From: a candidate division WOR-3 bacterium
GTDB lineage: Bacteria > Hydrothermota > UBA3073
Assembly (NCBI GenBank): GCA_023129165.1
Contig: JAGMCL010000039.1
Location: 1,839 to 65,838, forward strand
Reading direction: 5' to 3'
Length of the DNA stretch: 64,000 bases
In this document: positions 56,036 to 64,000 of the stretch, in pieces
Numbering within the stretch: the stretch's first letter is position 1
Layout of the letters: every line of letters begins with the position of its first letter
Position numbers and translations under genes: made by a program
The notes under the pieces: model-generated
Database searches by the model: none
Seen by the model: only the letters and a program-made list of their open reading frames with translations
What the model was told of the DNA's origin: nothing

Positions 56036-56064
56036 TTGACATTTAGGCTTTTTTCATTTATAAT
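56036..56064 (+). promoter_or_regulatory. Consensus sigma70 promoter for the permease-EIIA gene.
   Basis: TTGACA (56036-56041), 17 nt spacer, TATAAT (56059-56064). Confidence 0.6.
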
Positions 56065-56089
56065 AGATAGCGTGTATTAGAAGTTAATA

Positions 56090-57952
56090 GTGAGTACAGA
56101 TAAAGTTATGGTTAAGTTGTTAAAATTCAGGCGTCTAAAAAAGCAGTTATCTTTGTTTGATGTCTTTGCCATCAGTACGGGGGCAATGGTAAGCTCAGGC
56201 TTATTTCTTTTGCCCGGGTTGGCTGCGGCAAAGGCTGGACCTGCTGTTATTATTGCCTATTTATTATCAGGTATATTGATTCTACCAGCACTTCTAAGTA
56301 AGGCTGAGCTTTCTACTGCAATGCCTCGTGCCGGCGGGACATATTATTTTACGAGTCGAAGTCTGGGTCCACTTTTTGGGGTGATTGATGGAATTGGTGC
56401 ATGGTTGAGTCTTGTTCTAAAGAGTAGTTTTGCTATCGTGGGATTAGCAGCCTATCTTGTATATTTTATAGGATTGCCTGTTAAGCCAGTTGCTATTTCT
56501 GGTTGTATTTTGTTTACAATACTCAATGTATTCGGAGCACGAGAGGCTGCACGTTTACAGGTCTTGATGGTGGTTGTACTTATAGGTTGCCTGATTTACT
56601 TTATAGGTCGCGGTCTATTTCATATAGATACAGCTAATTTTACACCATTTGTACCATTCGGTGGTTTATCCGTTCTTGGAACAGCAGGTTTTGTATTTGT
56701 CTCTTATATCGGTTTGACCAAGGTTTCCAGTGTTTCAGAAGAGATTAAGAATCCTGAGCGTAATATTCCTCTTGGAATGTTACTTTCACTATTTACTGCA
56801 ATAATAATTTACACCTTAGGCACACTGGTGATTGTTGGTGTAGTACCTGCAGATAGGTTATTCCATAACCTGACACCTGTAGAGACAGCAGCTTCTCTTT
56901 TTCTTGGGAGTACAGGTATTATTATAGTTAGCATTGCCGCCATCCTTGCCTTTGCTACCACGGGTAATGCCGGTATCCTGTCTGCCTCCCGTTATATCTT
57001 AGCAATGGGGCGTGATGGTGTAGTACCATCTGCTTTATCTCGTGTGGGTCGATTTCGTTCTCCATTAAACTCTATTATTTTAACATCGATTGTAATCCTC
57101 CTTGCAATCGTATTTCTCGATGTAGAAAACATCGCTAAATTAGCTGGTAGTTTTCAGTTACTGGTATTCGCTTTTATTAATGTTTCTGTAATTTTAATGC
57201 GTGAAAGCAAGATAAAGTCGTATGATCCAGGGTTTCGCTCACCTGGTTATCCATGGGTTCAAATTATGGGTATAATAGTTTCTCTTGTTTTGATTCCCCT
57301 GTTAGGAAAAATCTCATTGTTATTCACAGCTGGTGTAGTTTTACTTGGTCTTGGTTGGTATTTTTGTTATGCACGTTCCAGGGTAACAGGTTCAGGTGCT
57401 ATAGTGCACGTAGCAGAACGTGTTGCAAATTTACTTCGTCGCGATGCTTCTGAACTCGGTCTGGAGCGTGAGCTGCGGGAAATTTTAAAAGAGAAGGGTC
57501 TGCGGTCAGATGATCCCTATAAAGAGGTTGTTATTCGAGCCTCTATCCTTGATGTAGGACCCGATACGAGATGGGATGAAATTATAATTAGTGCATCCGA
57601 TTTGTTGGCAGAGCGTTTCGGGGGTTTTGATATTGATATTCGTCGTGGTCTTTTGGATTGCAGCGGACCCGGCAAGACACCGTCTGAAGCAGGTATAGCA
57701 CTTCCTCATGTTCGCTTATCAGGTATAGACCACCATGAGTTAGTTATAGTACGTTCCCGTACTGGCTTTTATCTGCCAGGAGCTGATTCTCTGATATATG
57801 CTGCTTTTATACTGATTGGTTCACTTGACAACCCACGTAGACATTTACGCTTTCTTGCTGAACTTGCGAGACGAACTGATATCCCTGGATTTTTAGAAAG
57901 GTGGCTTGTAGCTGATGGTTTGGATGAATTAAGGGAAGTGTTGCTGGATTGA
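56090..57952 (+). CDS. APC-family amino-acid permease fused to a C-terminal PTS EIIA(Ntr/fructose)-type regulatory domain.
   Basis: About 12 TM helices in the first 440 aa with the APC N-terminal signature (FDVFAISTGAMVSSGLFLLPG). The C-terminal about 170 aa carries the PTS_EIIA_2 pattern with its phosphorylatable His (EAGIALPHVRLSGIDHHELVIVRS). A consensus promoter lies at 56036-56064. The coding sequence is noticeably GC-richer than its surroundings. Confidence 0.7.
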   Translation: MSTDKVMVKLLKFRRLKKQLSLFDVFAISTGAMVSSGLFLLPGLAAAKAGPAVIIAYLLSGILILPALLSKAELSTAMPRAGGTYYFTSRSLGPLFGVIDGIGAWLSLVLKSSFAIVGLAAYLVYFIGLPVKPVAISGCILFTILNVFGAREAARLQVLMVVVLIGCLIYFIGRGLFHIDTANFTPFVPFGGLSVLGTAGFVFVSYIGLTKVSSVSEEIKNPERNIPLGMLLSLFTAIIIYTLGTLVIVGVVPADRLFHNLTPVETAASLFLGSTGIIIVSIAAILAFATTGNAGILSASRYILAMGRDGVVPSALSRVGRFRSPLNSIILTSIVILLAIVFLDVENIAKLAGSFQLLVFAFINVSVILMRESKIKSYDPGFRSPGYPWVQIMGIIVSLVLIPLLGKISLLFTAGVVLLGLGWYFCYARSRVTGSGAIVHVAERVANLLRRDASELGLERELREILKEKGLRSDDPYKEVVIRASILDVGPDTRWDEIIISASDLLAERFGGFDIDIRRGLLDCSGPGKTPSEAGIALPHVRLSGIDHHELVIVRSRTGFYLPGADSLIYAAFILIGSLDNPRRHLRFLAELARRTDIPGFLERWLVADGLDELREVLLD

Positions 57953-58021
57953 CGGACTCGCAATGACAGGAGTACTTTTTTCTGTAATTATTTGAGTTTG
58001 AAACATTCTCTATTATTTATT

Positions 58022-58585
58022 ATGCGGCTTTTTATTGCAATAGAGATACCAGAGGATATAAAAGATGAGATTGTAGGGATTGAAGAAGAGCTTCGCACTT
58101 TCTGGAGTGCGAAATGGGTTGAAAGAGATAACATTCATCTCACACTAAAATTTTTGGGTGAGATTGAAGATGGTAGAATAGAAGAGGTAAAAAGGATTGT
58201 GTCCGAGACATCCCAAATGAATCACGGGTTTTCACTCAATCTGGAAAACATTGGGGGATTCCCGAATCTTAAAAAGCCGAGGATAATATGGATTGGTGTA
58301 AGAGAGGTAGATAAATGTGTCGTGAATATCATGGAGAACCTTGAGGAGAAATTTATCAAATTTGGTATAGAACCAGAAAGAAAGAAGAAGACCCCACATA
58401 TAACCATAGGCAGGATAAAGGGATATTCAAGGAAATATAGTGAAAAAGAGAGTAAGGTTATAGATGGATTGATATATAAGAGTAGAATATTCAGGGTTGA
58501 ATCAATTTCTGTTATAAAGAGTGTACTAACACCAAAAGGAGCGATTCACACTGTTATTAAGCAGTACCCACTGAAGACATTATGA
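58022..58585 (+). CDS. thpR: RNA 2',3'-cyclic phosphodiesterase (2H phosphoesterase, LigT/ThpR). The ORF-track start at 57992 is probably upstream of the true start MRLFIAIEIP.
   Basis: Two H-x-T/S-x motifs (HLTLKFLG and HITIGR) with the typical about 80 aa spacing. Confidence 0.75.
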   Translation: MRLFIAIEIPEDIKDEIVGIEEELRTFWSAKWVERDNIHLTLKFLGEIEDGRIEEVKRIVSETSQMNHGFSLNLENIGGFPNLKKPRIIWIGVREVDKCVVNIMENLEEKFIKFGIEPERKKKTPHITIGRIKGYSRKYSEKESKVIDGLIYKSRIFRVESISVIKSVLTPKGAIHTVIKQYPLKTL

Positions 58586-59286
58586 TATTTATTCTTCTCT
58601 CCCTTATATTATCCCAGGCGTTTGACGATGTAAATGATTTCGTAACCTCAGTTCCCTCTGATTTTATTTATGGAGCATCATTCCCGTTTAGGCTTGATAA
58701 AAGGGGATGTGTCATTACTACTACTTTTCTATCACTTACAGGATTAACGGTATATCTTGATGAGGATATAAATAAGAGGGTTGGGAATTATTGTAATAAA
58801 AACCCGCAGATCCTGGATTTTAGTTCGAGGTTGTCAAAGCTTGGTAAAGGTGAATGGGGGGGACTTGTTATTGCAACAATGGGTGCTGTTGGTTATACAA
58901 CTAACAATCGTAGATTACAGAATACATTCTGGTTAAGTTTAGAAAGTGCCTTGATTTCAAGTGCATATTCGGATATTAATAAGATATTGTTTGGACGTGA
59001 AAGACCATACAGTAACTCGCAGGGTGATTTTAAGGGTCCTTGCTATGGAATAAAGGGAAGTGAATATCATTCATTTCCATCCGGGCATGCATCACTTGCC
59101 TTTTCAATTGGTACGGTAGTAGCCGAACAATATAGTGATAATTTATGGGTAAAGGTGCTGGTGTATACACTTGCATCAGGGATAGCACTGTCCAGAGTCA
59201 TAGAAAATAAGCACTATCTATCAGATGTTATTGTGGGAAGTGCCATCGGATATGCGACAGCGAAGATGGTTATATCGCTACACTAA
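58582..59286 (+). CDS. PAP2-family membrane phosphatase.
   Basis: PAP2 motifs: KxxxxxxRP (KILFGRERP), PSGH (SFPSGHAS) and SRxxxxxHxxxD (SRVIENKHYLSDV). Overlaps the thpR stop by 4 nt. Confidence 0.75.
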   Translation: MIFILLSLILSQAFDDVNDFVTSVPSDFIYGASFPFRLDKRGCVITTTFLSLTGLTVYLDEDINKRVGNYCNKNPQILDFSSRLSKLGKGEWGGLVIATMGAVGYTTNNRRLQNTFWLSLESALISSAYSDINKILFGRERPYSNSQGDFKGPCYGIKGSEYHSFPSGHASLAFSIGTVVAEQYSDNLWVKVLVYTLASGIALSRVIENKHYLSDVIVGSAIGYATAKMVISLH

Positions 59287-59443
59287 TTACCAATAATTAT
59301 TTCAAAAATAATAGTTCCACCACCCGTATATTTGCAGGGGTCTAGACATTGTATGTAGGCATTTAAGGTCTTTTCTTTGGACAATCCAAGAGATTTTGGC
59401 GAGATTCCTCTTGATAAAGGGATGTAATATGGCATATAGGTTC

Positions 59444-59926
59444 TTATCTGATTTGAAACTTCTCCCGTAACTTATCCTGGACAATCTTTGGTACAAATTT
59501 GCTCACATCACCTCCCAATGAGGCGATTTCCTTCACACTCGATGCTGAGAGGTAGAAATATTCTTCACCAGGCATCAAGAACACAAATTCAACTGAAGGA
59601 TGGAGTTTTCTGTTCATAAGTGTCATCTGAAACTCATAGTCGAAGTCAGATACAGCTCTTAAACCTCTCATAACTATTTTCAGGTTATTCTTCCTTAAGT
59701 AATCCGAGAGTAGGCCATCAAATCCATCACACTTCACTCCTTCAATACTATCAATGGCAATTTTGACGATATTCAACCTCTCTGTGAATGAAAAAAGGGT
59801 ATTTTTATTGATATCCTTTGCTACAAGAACTCTTACACAGGGAAACAGACACATAGCTCTCTTTATTAAATCAATATGTCCATTAGTTATTGGGTCAAAT
59901 GTTCCAGGATATATACATATATTCAT
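59444..59926 (-). CDS. coaD: Phosphopantetheine adenylyltransferase.
   Basis: MNICIYPGTFDPITNGHIDLIKRA carries the T/HxGH nucleotidyltransferase motif. About 160 aa, as expected for CoaD. Confidence 0.85.
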   Translation of the reverse strand: MNICIYPGTFDPITNGHIDLIKRAMCLFPCVRVLVAKDINKNTLFSFTERLNIVKIAIDSIEGVKCDGFDGLLSDYLRKNNLKIVMRGLRAVSDFDYEFQMTLMNRKLHPSVEFVFLMPGEEYFYLSASSVKEIASLGGDVSKFVPKIVQDKLREKFQIR

Positions 59927-60234
59927 TTTATCTTTAATGTGCATTTCTCACCCTCCTTAATCATACCATAGGTTTGTCTCAAAACCATCTGCATGTATGT
60001 TGAGTCAGTCTCCATGTTATTTTTATCAATGGTGAGTGCTTCTTTTATGGCTGAGGAAACGGCAATCTGTCTCTCTATTTTGCTTATTTTATTTGAAAGT
60101 ATTAGGATCTTTATCAGACCATATCCCCCAAAAAAGAAGATATAGATTAATAGAAAAATTCCAAGTATGATAAACACATGTTTAAACCTTTTGATTTTTT
60201 TAAAAAGAGAGGTAACACCCGAATTAGAATTCAT
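59923..60234 (-). CDS. Small bitopic membrane protein with a coiled coil (FtsB/DivIC-like septum formation initiator candidate).
   Basis: Single TM (VFIILGIFLLIYIFFFGGYGLIKILIL) followed by a short coiled-coil segment. Overlaps the coaD start. Assigned from architecture only. Confidence 0.3.
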   Translation of the reverse strand: MNSNSGVTSLFKKIKRFKHVFIILGIFLLIYIFFFGGYGLIKILILSNKISKIERQIAVSSAIKEALTIDKNNMETDSTYMQMVLRQTYGMIKEGEKCTLKIK

Positions 60235-60335
60235 AAGATTTTAGAACAAATAAAGGTAAAACAACCACTACTATCGGTTTAATTAGCTTTCTTAGTGTCA
60301 AATGTTCTATAATCGCCAAAATATATAAATAAGTA

Positions 60336-61661
60336 TTATAACCCGTTTAAAGGGATACCGCATCCAAGCAGGACTATCTTTTTCCTTCCCTCCTTTACCA
60401 TCTTTGTAGCGTTTCTGGTATCGATAATCAGCCTTGCTTTCTTGACAATAAATTTATAATCAAAGGAGGAGTGGTCAGTTATTATTAGTGAGCAATCAGA
60501 CTCTTTGAGTATTTTTTCATTGAGTGCAACAGCCTTATAGGTACAATCTTTTAATGTTAATGTATTTATGAATGGGTCTGAATATGTTATCCTGCTGACC
60601 TTATTCTTTAATATCTCAATGATCTTAAGGGAAGGAGAATCTCTCATGTCACCCACATCCCTTTTGAATGTAACACCAAGTATGTGCAACTTTGCATCCT
60701 TGGGACAAACTCCTGTATTTGAAAGGGTAGAGATCACTAAATTCGCCACGTAGTAGGGCATTCCCTCGTTTGTCTCTGCTGAGAGCTCTATAAAGTCTGT
60801 ATGAAAGTCATACTCCTTTGCCTTCCATGAGAGGTAGTACGGATCTATGGGTATACAGTGACCCCCAACACCAGGACCGGGATAGAAGGGCATAAATCCG
60901 AATGGTTTTGTTTTGGCTGCATCTATAACCTCCCATATGTTTATACCCATCCTGTCTGTCATCATGGCGAATTCGTTGAGAAGGGCAATATTTACATTAC
61001 GGAAGGTATTTTCAAGGAGCTTTGTAAGTTCTGCTGCCTCTGTAGATGATACCTTATGAACATTACCAACGACCTTTTTATAGAGAAGATAAGCAAGTTC
61101 CGTTGAGGTCTCACCGACTCCACCGACAACAACTGGTGTGTTGCCTACTGTATATTTCTTGTTTCCTGGGTCGACCCTTTCAGGTGAAAAGGCAAGAAAC
61201 AAGTCTTTGCCAACTTTTAGTCCTGAACCCTCAAGTATCGGAAGTACAACCTCTTTGGTTGTCAAGGGAAAGGTCGTGGACTTTAGTATGACCAGTTCAT
61301 CTGGATGGAGTATGCTGGAAAGTTTTTTTGAAGTTGCTACAATATAGGATATATCAGGGACTTTATTTTCAGTAACAGGTGTAGGTACACATATCTGGAC
61401 GACATCGCAGTTCTTCAAGTCTTTATAATCTGTACTCGTCCTTATCATTCCTTTTCTGGTGAGGTTTCTTAATTCAGATGAAGATGTATCCTGTATGTAG
61501 CTTTCACCACGGTTCACTGAATTTACTCGTGACCTCTTTCTGTCAATCCCAATAACCTTGAACCCTTTTCTGGCAAAAGAACAGGCAAGCGGTAATCCCA
61601 CATAACCCAATCCAATTATTCCAATTACAGCAGATTTGTTATCTATTTTCTGCCTGAGCAT
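60336..61661 (-). CDS. Nucleotide-sugar dehydrogenase (UDP-glucose/GDP-mannose dehydrogenase family; UDP-GlcNAc/ManNAc 6-dehydrogenase-like).
   Basis: N-terminal Rossmann GxGxxG (IGIIGLGYVGLPLA). Catalytic Cys region (GFMPFYPGPGVGGHCIPID). The C-terminal UDP-binding domain is present. Confidence 0.8.
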   Translation of the reverse strand: MLRQKIDNKSAVIGIIGLGYVGLPLACSFARKGFKVIGIDRKRSRVNSVNRGESYIQDTSSSELRNLTRKGMIRTSTDYKDLKNCDVVQICVPTPVTENKVPDISYIVATSKKLSSILHPDELVILKSTTFPLTTKEVVLPILEGSGLKVGKDLFLAFSPERVDPGNKKYTVGNTPVVVGGVGETSTELAYLLYKKVVGNVHKVSSTEAAELTKLLENTFRNVNIALLNEFAMMTDRMGINIWEVIDAAKTKPFGFMPFYPGPGVGGHCIPIDPYYLSWKAKEYDFHTDFIELSAETNEGMPYYVANLVISTLSNTGVCPKDAKLHILGVTFKRDVGDMRDSPSLKIIEILKNKVSRITYSDPFINTLTLKDCTYKAVALNEKILKESDCSLIITDHSSFDYKFIVKKARLIIDTRNATKMVKEGRKKIVLLGCGIPLNGL

Positions 61662-61694
61662 GAATCCCCCATTTTTTAGGTGAATTGTCCAGAA

Positions 61695-62087
61695 CTATCT
61701 CTTTGAGAACTGGAATCTCTTTCTTGCTTTAGGATGACCGTACTTCTTTCTTTCTACCTCTCTCGGGTCCCTTGTAAGTAGACCCTCTTTCCTAAGAGTA
61801 GGCTTGACTTCAGGGTTTAGTTCTACGAGTGCCCTTGCAATACCAAGTGAGATCGAATCAGCCTGACCTCTAATACCCCCACCCTCAACCTTAACCTTTA
61901 TATTGAACTTAGCCATTGAATCAGTAACCCTGAGAGGGGATTCTGTTTTATGTATAAGGTCATCCCTTCCTCCAAAGAAGTCCGAAAGCTCTTTCCCGTT
62001 TACCATGATTTTCCCTTGTCCTTCTGTGAGTTTTACACGCGCAGTCGCTCGCTTACGCCTTCCTGTTTTTAGTAATATACCTGCCAT
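61695..62087 (-). CDS. rpsI: 30S ribosomal protein S9.
   Basis: GRRKRATARVKL... ending ...KYGHPKARKRFQFSKR, a diagnostic S9 C-terminus. Start taken at the internal MAGILLK to give a length of about 130 aa. Confidence 0.9.
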   Translation of the reverse strand: MAGILLKTGRRKRATARVKLTEGQGKIMVNGKELSDFFGGRDDLIHKTESPLRVTDSMAKFNIKVKVEGGGIRGQADSISLGIARALVELNPEVKPTLRKEGLLTRDPREVERKKYGHPKARKRFQFSKR

Positions 62088-62121
62088 ATAACCTCCGTAT
62101 AAAAATAAAAATTCAGTTATA

Positions 62122-62529
62122 CTATTTGATCTCCTGCTCAAACTTTATTGGATTTTGTGCCTTATGAGGATGTTTGCTCCCTGGATAGACCTTTAGTTTC
62201 TTAATCATTTTTCTACCAAGTGGTCCCTTGGGGAGCATCCCTTTAACAGCATGATGAATTATTTGTTCCGGTTTCTTCTCTCGCATCTGTTTAAGCGTGG
62301 TCTTTTTCAATCCTCCAGGATATCCTGTATATCTTGTATAAATCTTATCTGTTTCCTTTTTACCCGTGACCTTTACCTTGCTTGCATTTATACAGATGAT
62401 GTAATCACCCATGTCCACATTTGGCATAAATTCTACCTTATGTTTACCTCGTAAAATTGTGGCAATACGGGTTGCAAGCCTCCCGAGTATCTGACCATTT
62501 GCATCTATAATATACCATTTTTTTTCCAT
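62122..62529 (-). CDS. rplM: 50S ribosomal protein L13.
   Basis: [31 protein letters not shown]...[22 protein letters not shown] matches L13 along its whole length. It sits upstream of rpsI, the conserved rplM-rpsI operon order. Confidence 0.9.
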   Translation of the reverse strand: MEKKWYIIDANGQILGRLATRIATILRGKHKVEFMPNVDMGDYIICINASKVKVTGKKETDKIYTRYTGYPGGLKKTTLKQMREKKPEQIIHHAVKGMLPKGPLGRKMIKKLKVYPGSKHPHKAQNPIKFEQEIK

Positions 62530-62652
62530 AAAACCCCCATATAGCAAAAATTAAATATTAAAGATTAAAATGCAAAGATTTTAAAAAAATTAATTGGCTG
62601 ATTGATAATTCTAACCAACCAGCTAACCAACCAACTAACAAACTAACTAAGT

Positions 62653-63159
62653 TTACTTTCTTTCTCTCACCTGATACGCTGGCAGATTTGGATTGTATTC
62701 AAGATGAAATCTTAAAAGTTCATCCTTTGGTAGAAAATCAATTATCAATCTACCATCAAGGTGGTCTACTTCATGTTGTATTACCCTTGCAAGGAGGTCT
62801 TTAGCCTTGAATTGGATCTCTTTGCCCTCTAAATCATAGCCTTTTATTGTTATTGCAGAGGGTCGTATTATTTGTATAAATGTTCCTGGTATAGAGAGAC
62901 ATCCCTCCTCAAAGGTCTCCTCTGCTTTTGTTTCCACTATCTCAGGATTAACAATAAATATAGGTTTCTGTCCTGTATCTGCCAGAATAATTCTCTCGGA
63001 GACTCCAATTTGAGGTGCGGCAAGACCTATTCCATTCAACCGTTGTATGAAGTTTCTCATAGAAGTAGCTATTTTCTTCACTCCCTCGTTGAACACAGTA
63101 ATAGGCATGGATTTTTCTCTTAGTATTGGGTCTGGATATGTGCGTATATTTAATTCCAT
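62653..63159 (-). CDS. def: Peptide deformylase.
   Basis: Motifs GIGLAAPQIG, EGCLSIP and HEVDHLDG (the three PDF motifs). Start taken at MELNIRTYPDPIL. Confidence 0.85.
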   Translation of the reverse strand: MELNIRTYPDPILREKSMPITVFNEGVKKIATSMRNFIQRLNGIGLAAPQIGVSERIILADTGQKPIFIVNPEIVETKAEETFEEGCLSIPGTFIQIIRPSAITIKGYDLEGKEIQFKAKDLLARVIQHEVDHLDGRLIIDFLPKDELLRFHLEYNPNLPAYQVRERK

Positions 63160-63394
63160 TTTTAATAACTTCGCCACCAAGTCCGTTAGCTAACGGAAAG
63201 GCACTAAGTTTTTTCTATTCAAATAACGAATAAAATATAACAACAAGCAATTTCTTTGTGCCTTCGTGGCAATATAGAAACCACAAAGGCACTGAGTTTA
63301 TAAGTTATTCTTTTGTTTTTTTTCAAATAATAATTTAAATCTTTTCTTTGTGTCTTTGTGCCTTCGTGGCAATATAGAGGCTACCAATCACTAA

Positions 63395-64000
63395 TTACCG
63401 ATTAACAGGAGATTTAATTCCTATCCTGAGCTCCCTTAATTTTTCCTCATCTATCTCTGATGGTACATTCTCCATGAGACCGAAGCCCGTGGTTGTCTTT
63501 GGGAATGGTATTACCTCCTGGATAGATTCCTCATTCAGTAGAATCATAAGTAGCCTATCGAGTCCAATTGCTATTCCACCGTGGGGTGGGGCACCATATT
63601 CAAGAGCAGAGAGTAAGAATTCATATTCCCTGCTCCTTTTATCTTTACGGATGTTGCCAATCTCCATCATCTTTTCCTGAAGGTCTCTTCTGTGGATTCG
63701 AATACTACCAGACCCGAGTTCCACACCATTTAACACAAGGTCGTATTGTTTGCCTATGATTTTGGATGGGTCTTTAAAATTGTCCGTATTTGGCATCGTG
63801 AATATGTGATGACATGGTACCCAGGTGTCAGATTCATCGTCGTATTCGAAAAGTGGAAAATCTGTGACCCAGAGTAGTTTATATTCATCCTTTGTAGCAT
63901 TTTCTATGTTTATTCGATTTCTTATTGCACCAAGTGTCTCAAGTGTCCTTTTCCATTTTCCTGCACAGAAGACAACAGTCTTTTCGGTGTCTATTGGTAG
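63395..64000 (-). CDS. aspS: Aspartyl-tRNA synthetase, C-terminal part; the 5' end lies beyond the window.
   Basis: Class II motif 3 and C-terminus: GSGSIRIH...[37 protein letters not shown]. The reading frame stays open upstream to the window edge. Confidence 0.8.
   Translation of the reverse strand, partial: LPIDTEKTVVFCAGKWKRTLETLGAIRNRINIENATKDEYKLLWVTDFPLFEYDDESDTWVPCHHIFTMPNTDNFKDPSKIIGKQYDLVLNGVELGSGSIRIHRRDLQEKMMEIGNIRKDKRSREYEFLLSALEYGAPPHGGIAIGLDRLLMILLNEESIQEVIPFPKTTTGFGLMENVPSEIDEEKLRELRIGIKSPVNR

Overview
This 64 kb window comes from a low-GC (roughly 35%) bacterial chromosome. Coding density is high and most genes are on the minus strand. Several consensus sigma70 promoters are visible. 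Type IX secretion (T9SS) hallmarks are present: multiple proteins with Por-type C-terminal sorting domains, a gingipain-like C25 peptidase, a PorV/FadL-like outer-membrane barrel and TonB/ExbBD components. This points to an FCB-group-like lineage, but I cannot assign a taxon from sequence alone.

The window has three parts.

(i) Housekeeping at both ends. The left end carries metG (partial), yaaT/PSP1, holB and an M23 peptidase. The right end carries thpR, a PAP2 phosphatase, coaD, rpsI, rplM, def and aspS (partial).

(ii) An envelope/sensing and T9SS-cargo block (about 4.1-30.3 kb). It contains two large sensor kinases, a TonB-dependent receptor, T9SS cargo proteins, a C25 peptidase, MscS, exbBD, and prfB with its conserved programmed +1 frameshift.

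(iii) A dense defence island (about 33.4-50.5 kb) next to a tRNA-Arg gene and tRNA-like fragments. The most interesting part is a six-gene, translationally coupled minus-strand operon:
- an HsdM-like adenine methyltransferase with an N-terminal PD-(D/E)xK nuclease domain;
- a HEPN-like gene inserted between M and S;
- a two-TRD HsdS;
- a Dcm-type C5 cytosine methyltransferase;
- a GHKL (MORC/MutL-like) ATPase with an unassigned C-terminal domain;
- a Vsr mismatch endonuclease.
No HsdR is present.

A second operon has inverted Res-then-Mod order (SF2 helicase with C-terminal PD-ExK, then a beta-class N6/N4 methyltransferase), followed by a DUF1016/YhcG nuclease, an unknown gene and RadC. A frameshifted orphan AbiEi-like gene lies downstream.

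Intergenic regions are unusually rich in repeat families:
- a roughly 150 bp structured element plus a shared leader and a 16 bp palindrome upstream of prfB and ppiD;
- a 98-99 bp tandem array of 4.8 copies;
- a dispersed GTCATTGCGAG/GAAGCAATCGCATTATTAAG element;
- a MITE-like element with 20 bp terminal inverted repeats (TIRs);
- repeated hairpin elements upstream of exbB and exbD.
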